From contig JANYIL010000258.1 of the NCBI GenBank assembly GCA_025362075.1, forward strand, positions 547-64,546: 64,000 nucleotides of DNA, read 5' to 3'. Source of the stretch: Chloracidobacterium sp. (GTDB lineage Bacteria; Acidobacteriota; Blastocatellia; Pyrinomonadales; Pyrinomonadaceae). The translations under genes were made by a program, and so were the position numbers. The notes under the pieces were generated by a model that had not been told where the DNA came from, ran no database searches, and worked only from the letters and a program-made list of their open reading frames with translations. This document shows, piece by piece, positions 16,742 through 26,684 of the stretch (its first letter is position 1; each line of letters opens with the position of its first letter).

Positions 16742-19378
16742 TCATTTCCGCTCTTTTTCCGCAAAAAGCGGCAGGTGGATAGTAAATACCGACCCCTTTC
16801 CAAGCTCGCTCTCCATCGAAATGCTCCCGCTGTGGAGTTCGGCGATTTCGCGGGCAAATGCCAGGCCAAGCCCGGTTCCCGGTACCTCGTTATTACCTTG
16901 CCCGACGCGGTAGAATTTTTCAAAGATATGCGGCAAATGCTCGGGGCTTATGCCGCGGCCCTCGTCCGTGACGACGATCTGCAGATCGTGAGCGACGACC
17001 TTTGTTTCGACCGTGATCGTCGTTTTTGGCGGGCTGTACTTGATCGCGTTGGCCAAAATATTAGTGAGGGCCTGCGACAACCGCTCGGGGTCGGCAAGTA
17101 TCGTCGTCTGACCCGTGGGGAACCGGCCATCGAGTTTTATGCTGCTGCGTGACGCGAGCGGCTCGATCAGCAGCAGCCGCTGGCTGACGAGCGATTCGAT
17201 ATCGACGGGCACAAATTCGATCTTTTCCGAACCGGACTCGAGCCTTGTGATGTCGAGATATTGGTTTATCATTCGGGCGAGGCGTTTTGTCTCGTGATTG
17301 ATCGTTTCGAGCATTTTGCGGCGAGGTTCGGCCTCGACGTCGTGCTCGGTCAGCAGTTCGCTCATGCCCTGGATCACGGTTAGCGGGGTGCGCAGCTCAT
17401 GCGAAACCAGAGCGATGACGTCGTTCTTGGTCTGCTGCAATTGTTTTAGATATGTAACGTCCGAGAGGGTGGCGATCAGCCCGACCGATTCGTCCGATCC
17501 GCCGTCGCGGTCGACGACGGTTGAGATGCGCACGACAAAATTGCGTGATTCGCCCTTGCCGATGACCACCTCACGCTCGATGGTCTTGCGGTCGAGGATC
17601 AGGCTGGCGCGAGTTTCCTCAGACGCAAATTCGGCGGCGTTCGCATCGGCTGCGTCCCGGAGCCGTTCGAAAAGATCGCTCCCTACGAGCTTTCGTTTTG
17701 GCAGATCGAGGATCTTGAGCGTCTTTTCGTTAGCAAAGGTGATGCTGCCGTCGATGTCCGCGATCAACAGCCCGTCGTCGATCGAGCGCAGCGCCGAGTC
17801 GATGAACAACGCCCTCGCGATCAGATCGCGCGAGAGGTAACCGAGCGTCTCGGATTTCCATTCGAGGCCGTGCGGGATGAGTAGATTTTTCGAGCCGAAT
17901 TCATTTCCCGGCTCAAACCGGTCGCCGCTAACCAAACTGCGGTCGATTGGCCCCGATTTAGCCTCGTCACGTCCGTCCGTAAACAGACGTCCGCCGGCCG
18001 CGACAAGCTCCGCGATCCGCTCATCCAGTGTCGCACTGGCCGAAAGCGACCGGCGAAGCAGCGCTAGCGGCGCCGCAACAACAAAAGAAGTCACTACCGG
18101 AATAACGGGCGGGATCAGGAAAGCATAAGCGTACAAAAGGTACGATCCTCCGACGATCGCTGCAAAGACTGCCGACAATATCACGATCTGCTTTAACGCC
18201 TCAGACCTGCCCTGTGCGAGGCCGAGTAGAAAGAGGACCGCGATAGCCGTCAGCACGGCGGCAAGCCACGCCTGCCAGTCTGCTACCGGCCGGTAAAAAT
18301 GATTCTGCACGATCGTGTTTACCGAGTTTGCGAGGATCTCGACACCAGGCATCAGGTCGCCGTGCTGGTCGCCCTCGGCATTCTCGGTGTGGACAAATGG
18401 CGTCGCCAGCCGGTCGCCCAACGTCGCGGCCGTCGCACCGATAAGCACGTATTTATCACGCAATTTGTCGGGCGAAACCTTGCCGGCGAGCAGATCGGAA
18501 AAGCTGTACGTATGGTCTGCAAATGAGCCCGTCGGCCCGATGTAATCGATCCGTAACCGCAAGGGACGGGCACTCGAGATCTTACTCTCGGGGCCCGGAG
18601 TATTGATGAACAGGTTGCGCTCGTTCGATTCAAACGGCAGTCGACGCGTACCCATGCGGACAAAATTCTGCGCCTCGGAAATGTCGTCCTCAGCCAGGCC
18701 GTCGCCGGCCCGGACAGTTTCGAGGGCCAATGCCCACGCCGCATCGCCGTCATCATCGGTGATCTTTAACAGCAGTTCGCGGGCCGTTCCGTCGTGTTCG
18801 GTTTCGACATTCACATGGCCGACGCCGTTAGCCGACGATCTCAGCATCGGCATTGCACGCAGCCATTCCGAGCGGCCAAGCTCGGGCGTCTCACGGTTTT
18901 CGACAAGCTGCTCACCGATGACGACGTTGCCGCTCCGCTTGACCGCATCGGCCAGCGCTTTATCCGCATCGGCTTCGCTCGGCTCGCTGTACAAAACGTC
19001 AAGTGCGATCGCGCGCGGCTTTGCACTCGAGATAATATCGATCGCCTGTGCCGCCTGTTTCCTGTTCCACGGGAAACGGCCGAGTTTTGCGATGCTCGTC
19101 TCGTCGATCGCGACGATGACGATGTTGTCGGGCTCAGGCAGAACGCCGCGCGACCGCATCAAAAGGTCCTGGGCGTAAAGGTTTAATTCGGGAGCGCGCC
19201 ATGCGGCGATCATCCCGATCGTCGATGCCGCCGCGACTATCAGCACAAACCACGCGGCCCTGGAACCGCGCTGTTTCCTGTAATTTGTCCGGTCTATCCC
19301 CACGATACCCTTGACTGCATTAGGACACGAAATAAACTTTTTTTGTCCCCAAAGATACAATTCTACCGCAATTCGCAT
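16742..19378 (-). CDS. CHASE2-domain sensor histidine kinase (CHASE2-TM-PAS-HisKA-HATPase)
   Basis: CHASE2 signature: IVIVAIDETSIAKLGRFPWNRK...AIALDVLYSEPS. TM block. H-box ALVSHELRTPLT. N, G1 and G2 boxes NILANAIKYSPP, DEGRGI and GTGLGLA. Confidence 0.88.
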   Translation of the reverse strand: MRIAVELYLWGQKKFISCPNAVKGIVGIDRTNYRKQRGSRAAWFVLIVAAASTIGMIAAWRAPELNLYAQDLLMRSRGVLPEPDNIVIVAIDETSIAKLGRFPWNRKQAAQAIDIISSAKPRAIALDVLYSEPSEADADKALADAVKRSGNVVIGEQLVENRETPELGRSEWLRAMPMLRSSANGVGHVNVETEHDGTARELLLKITDDDGDAAWALALETVRAGDGLAEDDISEAQNFVRMGTRRLPFESNERNLFINTPGPESKISSARPLRLRIDYIGPTGSFADHTYSFSDLLAGKVSPDKLRDKYVLIGATAATLGDRLATPFVHTENAEGDQHGDLMPGVEILANSVNTIVQNHFYRPVADWQAWLAAVLTAIAVLFLLGLAQGRSEALKQIVILSAVFAAIVGGSYLLYAYAFLIPPVIPVVTSFVVAAPLALLRRSLSASATLDERIAELVAAGGRLFTDGRDEAKSGPIDRSLVSGDRFEPGNEFGSKNLLIPHGLEWKSETLGYLSRDLIARALFIDSALRSIDDGLLIADIDGSITFANEKTLKILDLPKRKLVGSDLFERLRDAADANAAEFASEETRASLILDRKTIEREVVIGKGESRNFVVRISTVVDRDGGSDESVGLIATLSDVTYLKQLQQTKNDVIALVSHELRTPLTVIQGMSELLTEHDVEAEPRRKMLETINHETKRLARMINQYLDITRLESGSEKIEFVPVDIESLVSQRLLLIEPLASRSSIKLDGRFPTGQTTILADPERLSQALTNILANAIKYSPPKTTITVETKVVAHDLQIVVTDEGRGISPEHLPHIFEKFYRVGQGNNEVPGTGLGLAFAREIAELHSGSISMESELGKGSVFTIHLPLFAEKERK

Positions 19379-19506
19379 TCCGCTAAGTATAGCGTGCGAT
19401 TTGCTGTTAATACCGGGGCCGCTCCGTCCAAATGTGCGTCAGGACGCCGCTTGCTGGGCATCGCCGCAGTGGCAAAATGCCGCCCTGCTTTCCCCCGTCC
19501 ATCGCC

Positions 19507-19537
19507 AAAAAAGAAAAGCGGCCCGTGGGGGCCGCTT
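19507..19537 (-). terminator. Intrinsic terminator copy attached to the tRNA fragment
   Basis: The minus strand reads AAGCGGCCC-CCAC-GGGCCGCTT followed by TTCTTTTTT. Confidence 0.6.
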
Positions 19538-19632
19538 GGATTATGAGGTAAGTATATTTATTTACTGCGGTTTATAGTGGAGCCGCCCAAGAGATTCGAA
19601 CTCTCGACCTTTCGATTACGAGTCGAAATGCA
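19511..19632. repeat. Left direct repeat (att-like): terminator + spacer + 3' half of tRNA-Thr
   Basis: It aligns with 50475-50597. The core is a 76-bp perfect match (19546-19621 = 50511-50586). The flanks carry a few substitutions and one 1-nt indel. Confidence 0.9.
19578..19632 (-). pseudogene. Truncated tRNA-Thr copy (anticodon arm to CCA end only; no 5' acceptor strand or D arm)
   Basis: Identical to the 3' ~44 nt of the tRNA at 50543-50618. Similarity is lost 5' of the anticodon stem. Confidence 0.85.
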
Positions 19633-20191
19633 CGCCGACTCACCACACGTCAGCAGTACACCCCCGTGTGTCAAGTATATAATCACTGAAATATTTAAGG
19701 GTTGAAATTGGTCGCCGAATTGGGGCATAGCTGTCACGGGCGGCGTCGATTCCCAACTTAAAATCCATGAAATGTAGTCACGTAGATTTCCCTTACCCTT
19801 TGCAGATGACAACGTAAGCGAGTCACCAATATTAAGGTGTTTTATTAAAGAAGTGCTTCGATTAGTGTTGTGAAACACCATTCGCAGGCTAGTGGCAATG
19901 CGTATTGCCTCATCTTCATGCCCCGCATCCTAAGCGGAACATGAACGCAGTATAAAGCCAATCTGTTCGACTAGCTTTGTGCTGAATCGTTCGTAATCTG
20001 GACTAAACTTGGGCATCTAACGAAAGTGTAGCCGCATAAAATACTCTTCGCAAAGAGTGTAACCACAGGCGCGTGATCGTTTGACGCTAATCAATTACCC
20101 AACATTCGTTCTTGTCAATTTCTGCCCTAAACGGAAATTCCGACATTGTATCTTCTACCTGTACAAATCTTGGTAGACCTTTATTCACTAG

Positions 20192-20410
20192 ACGGACTTC
20201 CCTTTTCTAGACCTGATCATGCCAAAAATGGGCGGCAGCGAATTGAGGGAAGAGATTGTTAACATAAGGCCCGCTATAAAACTATTGTTCATGTCCGGCT
20301 ACACCGGGGATTGTATGGTAAAGACATAGCGATGCCGTCAGGTTCGCCATTTATCGAGAAACCCTTCACGCCTGACGAACTGGTTAGCAAGGTTCGTGAA
20401 ATACTAATGG
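20192..20410 (+). pseudogene. Response-regulator receiver-domain remnant (N-terminally truncated, frameshifted)
   Basis: Frame A reads TDFPFLDLIMPKMGGSELREEIVNIRPAIKLLFMSGYTGD, then stops. Frame B continues GKDIAMPSGSPFIEKPFTPDELVSKVREIL. The region before the phospho-acceptor Asp is absent. Confidence 0.7.
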
Positions 20411-20611
20411 CCGGCGATTCATCATCCGCACGGCTGATGAAGATCTGTCGCGCATCCACGCTTCCAGGGCTGCCCACGGCCGGTAACGCGTTCTCCCATA
20501 AACTTGCGTCAACTTGGCAACCATTATAGTCCAGGCTTTTTGGCTCATTTGCATTCGGTAATGCCGGTTTTATGGAAATGTGCCTCGACTCCCACTTTTA
20601 CATACCTGCAT

Positions 20612-23600
20612 ATGCGGTCACAAGCGATTTCAGTCACCAACAGCGGTACCTTCACCGAAAGGTTAGAGGTTCTTTCGCCCGTCAAACGAGCGCTTCTGGA
20701 AAAAAGGCTCGGCAGGGCCCTACCCGGAGGTAATCCATTTCAGATCACGAGACGCGCCCCCGGTTCGACGGCCCCTCTGTCTTTTAGCCAGGAAGGGCTG
20801 CTCTTTATGGAGCAGCTTGAGCCGGAAACATCAAGATACAACGTATATGAGGCGATCCGGCTAAATGGCCGGTTGGATCGAACTATTCTCCAGCAGACGC
20901 TCGATGACATCGTAGCGCGGCACGAGGCGTTGCGGACGGTGTTCGAGAACGCGGGGGACGGTTGGCAGCAGGTAATCCAGCCCGCTAGTGCTGCAAGCGT
21001 AAAGCATCTCGATCTAAGGACATCTTGTGAAGGCGTCGATGCGATAGACCTCCTCCAGAAAGAGGCTGACACGCCCGTAGATATTTACCGGGGGCCGATA
21101 TTTTCAGCGCTGCTCGTAACTGCGGATGACGATGAGAGTTATCTTCTTATCAAGATGCACCACATCTTGAGCGACGGATGGTCGCTGGGCATCTATTGGA
21201 AAGAGTTCGCTGAAATATACTCTGCTCGCTCGCAAAATAGGCCCGCAGCTCTCGGCGCTCTACCGATACAATTCGGCGATTACGCAGCCTGGTCCCGTCA
21301 ATACCTGCAACGAGAGATCGATCGCCAAACAGAGTACTGGAAAAAGCAGATTGATGGATCACCCGCATTGCTCGAATTGCCCACCGACCGTCCACGCCCG
21401 GCCCTACAGACGGCAAAAGGCGCTCAGGAGTCCGTGACCTTCCCCAGAGAATTGCTCGACCGGGTAAACGAGCTTTGCAAACGCGAGGGATGCACGCTTT
21501 ACATGGCACTACTTGCGGGTTTCGACGCTTGTCTCGCGAGATACACGGACACAGAAGATCTGGTCGTTGGAACGCCGATTGCGGGACGGAGCAGGACCGA
21601 GATCGAGAATCTCGTCGGTTATTTTGTCAACACATTGCCGCTCCGAACCGACATGTCCGGCGACCCGACGTTTCGAGACCTGTTAGGACGAGTACGAGGT
21701 GCGGTGCTCGACGCGTTTTCACATCAGGACGTGCCGTTCGAACACGTGGTCGCTGCCGTAAAACCTGAGCGCAGCCTCAGCTACAACCCTATTTATCAGG
21801 TAGCGTTTGCCCTACAAGAAAGGAGACGGTCGGCGGTCAGCCTTCCGGGACTCGATGTTACGCCGGTCGAGTTGCAGCTCTCAACCTCTAAGTTCGATCT
21901 TTTTCTCTCCGCGCAAGAAGCGTCTGACGGACTCAACATCACGGTCGAATACAGTACCGACCTTTTCGACCGCGAGACCATTCAAAGATTTATCGCGCAT
22001 TACCAGAACCTGCTGGCGTCGGCTACTAACGCTCCGGAACTCCGCCTCTCTCAGATGGAACTGCTGAGTCAGGAGGAGCGGCGTCAATTGCTGACAGAGT
22101 GGAACCAGACGAGGACAGGCTACCCGAAAGAAGCTATCCACCACATATTTGCCGCTCAGTGCGAAGCATATCCTGTGCAGATCGCCGTCGCAGCGTCCGA
22201 TGAAATGTGGACCTACCGGGAGATGAACGAATGGTCAAATCGCATAGCCAATCACCTGGTCAATCTCGGGGTCGGGGCCGGCCAGCGGATAGGTATCTGT
22301 ATGGACCGGTCGCCGCTGATGATAGCCGCCATTCTGGGCGTCCTGAAATGTGGGGCGGCCTACGTTCCGATGGACACCGCAAATCCGGCATTCCGGCTCC
22401 AACAGATGGTCGCCGACGCAGAGCTGACGATCATTCTAACCTGCACTGAACACATCGCCTTAGTTTCCCAAACGCCCGTAACTGCCATTGATGTCGACGC
22501 TGAAAAAGATGCTGTCGATTCGTGCAGCAGCGTCTTCATTTCCAAAGACCGTGCATCTGATGATGATACGGCTTGTATTCTCTACACTTCAGGTTCCACA
22601 GGTCGTCCAAAAGGCGTGATGATACCGCACCGCGCAATAAGCCGTCTGGTGCGCAACACCAACTATATTGAGATAAATCGAGACGATCGTTTTGCTCACG
22701 TCGCAAACGTCGCCTTTGACCTGGCGATATTCGACATCTGGGGAGCTCTCCTCAACGGAGCGCGAACTGTCATTATCCCAAAAGACATAGTTCTTTTGCC
22801 CGAACGTTTTTCAGCCGAGGTAAAGGCGTCCGGTGTGACGACCATTTGTCTGGCAACGTCGCTCTTTCACCTGATAGCCAGAGAGAAGCCGGATGCTTTC
22901 TCGTCCGTGCAAACGCTCATAGTCGCAGGCGAAGCGTTTGACCCGGCAGCCGCACGCCAGATACTTGCATCGAACCCTCCGCAACGGCTGCTGAACGGCT
23001 ACGGGCCAACGGAATCAACCACATTTGCGACATGGAAACTCATCGACGAAGCGGCGGCGAACGAGCCGAGTCTGTCTATTGGACAGCCGGTGTCAAACAC
23101 CACGATTTTTATTCTCGACGACGATTTGAACCTGGTTCCGATCGGGGTCGCGGGCGAAGTATTTATCGGCGGTGACGGGCTCGCGACCGGTTATCTCAAC
23201 CGACCGGAGCTGAATGAGGAGAGATTTGTTAGCATCCCCTTCCAAAAGTTCCCGGACGATGCGGAAGCCGCCGAGAGCATACGGCTCTATCGCACCGGCG
23301 ACCTGGCCCGTTATCGAGCTAATGGCGAAATAGATTACATCGGACGTAAAGACAATCAGGTTAAGCTCAGGGGCTTTCGCATCGAGTTGGGTGAGATCGA
23401 GGCCATCATAGAAGCACATCGGGGCGTAGCCGAGGCAGTGGTGCTGGCAATAAAAGATTCGAATGATCACCGCCTGGCAGCTTATTACGTGGCGTCGAGC
23501 GGTGCCAAAATTTCGCCGGACGAATTGCGGAGCTATCTGCGTGAAAACCTGCCCCATTACATGGTACCGGTTTCGCTGAACGAACTGGCGGCAATGCCGC

Positions 23601-24778
23601 TTAACGGAAATGGCAAGATAGACCGGCAGCGGCTGGCCTCTCAGGTGATCGTATCGCAGCCTGTTCACGACCAGACGGAGAAGCCAAAGAATGAACTTCA
23701 GATAAAACTGACATGGATATGGCAAAAAGTACTTGGCTTGTCGTCCATCGGCATACAGGACAATTTCTTTGATCTCGGCGGCCACTCGCTTGCGGCTGTA
23801 CGCGTATTTTCAGAGATCGAGAGTGCTCTCGGCTGTCGGCTGCCGTTGGCCACTCTTTTTAAAGCACCGACGATCGAACAACTTTCAGAGTTGATCGAGG
23901 GCAGTGATTGGCGGTCAAGCTGGGCGTCAATCGTCCCGATGCGCACCGGTGGCAGCAAGCCGCCTTTCTTCTGCATCCATGCCGTCGGTGGAAACATTCT
24001 CGAGTATAACGATCTGGCAAGAAATTTAGGTCCGGACCAGCCATTTTACGGGCTACAGTCGATCGGGCTCGATGGCCGCTCGGCGCCACTTACAGATTTA
24101 GGTGCAATGGCTGATGCCTACGTCAAAGAAATTCGCAAGATTCAGCCCGTAGGCCCCTACTATCTGGGAGGCCGCTCCTTCGGTGGAACGGTTGCGTATG
24201 AAATGGCGCGACGTCTCTACGCGGAAGGTCAGGAGGTTGCGCTGCTCGCGATTTTCGACAGCTATCCCAAAGGGTGGCTCAAGCGCTTTAGCCAGGATGA
24301 GGCCCACGCGTACAGGCGTCAGTTTTTGAAGATGCGGGCGCAGCGGCATTTACAGCTTTGGATTGGTTTGAGTCTGGCAGACAAGTTTCGTTACGGTTGG
24401 ACAAAATTGGGGTACAAGAGCCGTAAATTGCGAAACATCGTTTGGCAGGTATCGCATGCGATCCGCCCCGCCACGGAGTCCGTAAGCAGCACCGTCCGCA
24501 ACATCGAGGAGATCAACTATCTGGCGATCAAGAGCTATGTGCCTGAGATCTACGATGGAAAAGTCACGTTCTTTAGCGCAGGCGAGGAAGTTTGCCCGGA
24601 AGAAAATTTGACGGGCTGGCGTGTGCTCGCAACGGGCGGTGTAGATGTCGTGGGCGTACCCGGTGATCATCAGACCATGATCAAGGAGCCGCATGTTGGC
24701 GATCTTGCCCGACTTTTGGAAGACGCAATCGGCCGGACGAGCGGGATCAAATCGCCCGAGACGGGAGGCGAAAAATGA
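20612..24778 (+). CDS. NRPS termination module C-A-T-TE
   Basis: C3 motif HHILSDG (21158-21178). A3 motif ILYTSGSTGRPKGVM (22577-22621). A8 and A10 motifs RTGDLARY...KLRGFRIELGEIE and NGKIDR. Carrier motif FFDLGGHS (Ser codon 23786). Thioesterase GGRSFGG (Ser 24176) and GDHQTM. The start is uncertain (20504, 20561 or 20612). Confidence 0.9.
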   Translation: MRSQAISVTNSGTFTERLEVLSPVKRALLEKRLGRALPGGNPFQITRRAPGSTAPLSFSQEGLLFMEQLEPETSRYNVYEAIRLNGRLDRTILQQTLDDIVARHEALRTVFENAGDGWQQVIQPASAASVKHLDLRTSCEGVDAIDLLQKEADTPVDIYRGPIFSALLVTADDDESYLLIKMHHILSDGWSLGIYWKEFAEIYSARSQNRPAALGALPIQFGDYAAWSRQYLQREIDRQTEYWKKQIDGSPALLELPTDRPRPALQTAKGAQESVTFPRELLDRVNELCKREGCTLYMALLAGFDACLARYTDTEDLVVGTPIAGRSRTEIENLVGYFVNTLPLRTDMSGDPTFRDLLGRVRGAVLDAFSHQDVPFEHVVAAVKPERSLSYNPIYQVAFALQERRRSAVSLPGLDVTPVELQLSTSKFDLFLSAQEASDGLNITVEYSTDLFDRETIQRFIAHYQNLLASATNAPELRLSQMELLSQEERRQLLTEWNQTRTGYPKEAIHHIFAAQCEAYPVQIAVAASDEMWTYREMNEWSNRIANHLVNLGVGAGQRIGICMDRSPLMIAAILGVLKCGAAYVPMDTANPAFRLQQMVADAELTIILTCTEHIALVSQTPVTAIDVDAEKDAVDSCSSVFISKDRASDDDTACILYTSGSTGRPKGVMIPHRAISRLVRNTNYIEINRDDRFAHVANVAFDLAIFDIWGALLNGARTVIIPKDIVLLPERFSAEVKASGVTTICLATSLFHLIAREKPDAFSSVQTLIVAGEAFDPAAARQILASNPPQRLLNGYGPTESTTFATWKLIDEAAANEPSLSIGQPVSNTTIFILDDDLNLVPIGVAGEVFIGGDGLATGYLNRPELNEERFVSIPFQKFPDDAEAAESIRLYRTGDLARYRANGEIDYIGRKDNQVKLRGFRIELGEIEAIIEAHRGVAEAVVLAIKDSNDHRLAAYYVASSGAKISPDELRSYLRENLPHYMVPVSLNELAAMPLNGNGKIDRQRLASQVIVSQPVHDQTEKPKNELQIKLTWIWQKVLGLSSIGIQDNFFDLGGHSLAAVRVFSEIESALGCRLPLATLFKAPTIEQLSELIEGSDWRSSWASIVPMRTGGSKPPFFCIHAVGGNILEYNDLARNLGPDQPFYGLQSIGLDGRSAPLTDLGAMADAYVKEIRKIQPVGPYYLGGRSFGGTVAYEMARRLYAEGQEVALLAIFDSYPKGWLKRFSQDEAHAYRRQFLKMRAQRHLQLWIGLSLADKFRYGWTKLGYKSRKLRNIVWQVSHAIRPATESVSSTVRNIEEINYLAIKSYVPEIYDGKVTFFSAGEEVCPEENLTGWRVLATGGVDVVGVPGDHQTMIKEPHVGDLARLLEDAIGRTSGIKSPETGGEK

Positions 24779-25620
24779 TATTTCCCGGTCTGGCGGCGAT
24801 CCTGGCACAGAGTGACTGGATCCTGAATGCCAACAATTATCTCTATCACGCGCTCAACAATCTGGCGGGCCAGTCATTTGTGTTTGACCGGCTACTCGGC
24901 CTCGGCTTGAGCAGCAATCTTGTCAAAGCGGCAATCATCGGTGCGTGCTTCATGCTGGCATGGCTGTCCGGTGCCGACGAGTCAATTACAGCAGCACGGC
25001 GAAAGATACTGCTCATAACGCTTGTGTCGTCCGTATTGGTTCTGGCGGCGACGAAAACCGTTACAAAATACGTTTTTCTTCCACGGCCCTACGTTCTCTC
25101 TGAACGTAGCTTTCATCTTAATGACCGCCAGTTAGTCGAGACTCCGCAGGTGGACTTTCGGGTGCCTTTTGACGAGGAAACCGAAAAAAACTATCACGAG
25201 TTACAGCAGGGCGAGATCATATCCAACGATCTCACTTCGTTTCCGAGCGACCATGCGGGTTTCTTCGTCTGTATAGCTCTCGGCATTTTTCTGGCGTATC
25301 GAACCGTCGGAACCCTGGCGCTGCTATGGACTATTTTCGTACCCCTTGCAGCCAAGGTGATCCTTGGTCAGCATTCTCCTCTGGACATTGTCGTAGGAGC
25401 CGGAATTGGTGCCGTGATCCTGCTGTTGACGCAGTTAGTCGCAGGCCGCTGGGCCGGCCGCGTATTCGACCCGGCCGTCAAATGGACGATGAACAACTCT
25501 GCACTATCAGCGGCACTGTTATTCATCGTCCTGTTCGAGGTTACCAACACGCTTGATGACGTTCGTCAGGTCGGAAAAGTCGGAAAGGAACTTGCCAAAC
25601 ACATGTTGGGCAAGCAATAA
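24775..25620 (+). CDS. PAP2-family lipid phosphate phosphatase (membrane)
   Basis: The ATGA overlap with the NRPS stop indicates coupling. PAP2 motifs are LPRPY, FPSDHAG and GQHSPLDIVVG. Several TM helices are present. Confidence 0.75.
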   Translation: MIFPGLAAILAQSDWILNANNYLYHALNNLAGQSFVFDRLLGLGLSSNLVKAAIIGACFMLAWLSGADESITAARRKILLITLVSSVLVLAATKTVTKYVFLPRPYVLSERSFHLNDRQLVETPQVDFRVPFDEETEKNYHELQQGEIISNDLTSFPSDHAGFFVCIALGIFLAYRTVGTLALLWTIFVPLAAKVILGQHSPLDIVVGAGIGAVILLLTQLVAGRWAGRVFDPAVKWTMNNSALSAALLFIVLFEVTNTLDDVRQVGKVGKELAKHMLGKQ

Positions 25621-25626
25621 GTTTTT

Positions 25627-26532
25627 ATGCCAAGAAAGAACCTCAAGAGAATACTACTCGCGACGATTGTCCTGGCGGTGGGATTCGTCGGCGGTGGGTG
25701 CGGTCTTGATCAAAAGGGAATGGTACTTTTTACCGACCCATCGTACCGCGCCAGCGTCGTCGGTACGGATCGCGACGGTTTTACGGTGCCCGACGGTATT
25801 CTGTGGTACCAGGGCCGCTTTCTGATTGCGGACGAGGGTGGCTCTGCTTTCCGTATCTGGAGCGGGCCAGGTCATGTAGTGACGCTTTGCGACAGCAAGA
25901 TCGGTGTCATGTCGCCTGAGGATATGGCCATAGACCCCGTTGGGAACATCTATTTTACGGATGATGACGCGGGTGGCGTTTGGAAGATCAACAACTTCGG
26001 CGAAACGAAACAACTGGTCGGTAAGGATAAAGGCCTCATTTCAACAGAAGGTATCGTGCTGGCGCCAGACGGTAATCTGCTGGTTGGAGACGGCGAATCT
26101 CACAAGGTCTTTACCGTCACGCCCGATGGCGCCGTTTCGGAGTTTTTGGGTGCTGACTCTGGCATCAGCAAAGCAGAAAGCATGGCGTTCGACGAAAAGG
26201 GCGACCTTTTTATCGCCGACAATGAGGATAAAGTCCTATATCTGCTTACGCCCGACAAAAAGCTCCATCGCCTGATCGCGAATCGGGACGGATTTTCACC
26301 TGAGACGATCTGGTACTCAAAGGGTGTTCTCTACATCACGGACAGTCAGGACGGGAAACTCTTTAAGTACACTGCCGAGGATGGGCTGAACGTAATCGCG
26401 GTTTTTGGTGGCAAGCTCCACGCTGTGAACGGCGTCACGACCGACGATAACGGGGCGATTTACGTCTCAATACAGACCGATCTGGTAAAAAAGATCGGGT
26501 ACCTTATAAAGATCGAGCAGGACCGGCCTTAA
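25627..26532 (+). CDS. Six-bladed beta-propeller lipoprotein (NHL / SMP-30-like repeats)
   Basis: Signal peptide with a Cys (LAVGFVGGGC). Six repeats of the P(D/E)G(I/M)..D..G.(L/I)(Y/F)(I/V)(A/T)D type. Confidence 0.7.
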   Translation: MPRKNLKRILLATIVLAVGFVGGGCGLDQKGMVLFTDPSYRASVVGTDRDGFTVPDGILWYQGRFLIADEGGSAFRIWSGPGHVVTLCDSKIGVMSPEDMAIDPVGNIYFTDDDAGGVWKINNFGETKQLVGKDKGLISTEGIVLAPDGNLLVGDGESHKVFTVTPDGAVSEFLGADSGISKAESMAFDEKGDLFIADNEDKVLYLLTPDKKLHRLIANRDGFSPETIWYSKGVLYITDSQDGKLFKYTAEDGLNVIAVFGGKLHAVNGVTTDDNGAIYVSIQTDLVKKIGYLIKIEQDRP

Positions 26533-26684
26533 AGCATTCTCGCCATTAATCTTCCCCGCTTTACACGTATCCGCCGGACGCCGAGAAAATTCTTGAAACT
26601 CGGCGTTATTCGGCCTTTCTTTAAGTCTGGTTACACGTCTGTCTAATGGTCAGATGTTGCGCGCATTTTAAGATACGCCCTTTG

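Noticed and set aside
19558-19881. 107-aa ORF on the minus strand spanning the tRNA fragment and the island edge.
   Set aside because: It reads through the duplicated tRNA/terminator sequence and AT-rich non-coding DNA. It has no motif and no RBS context, so it is most likely spurious.
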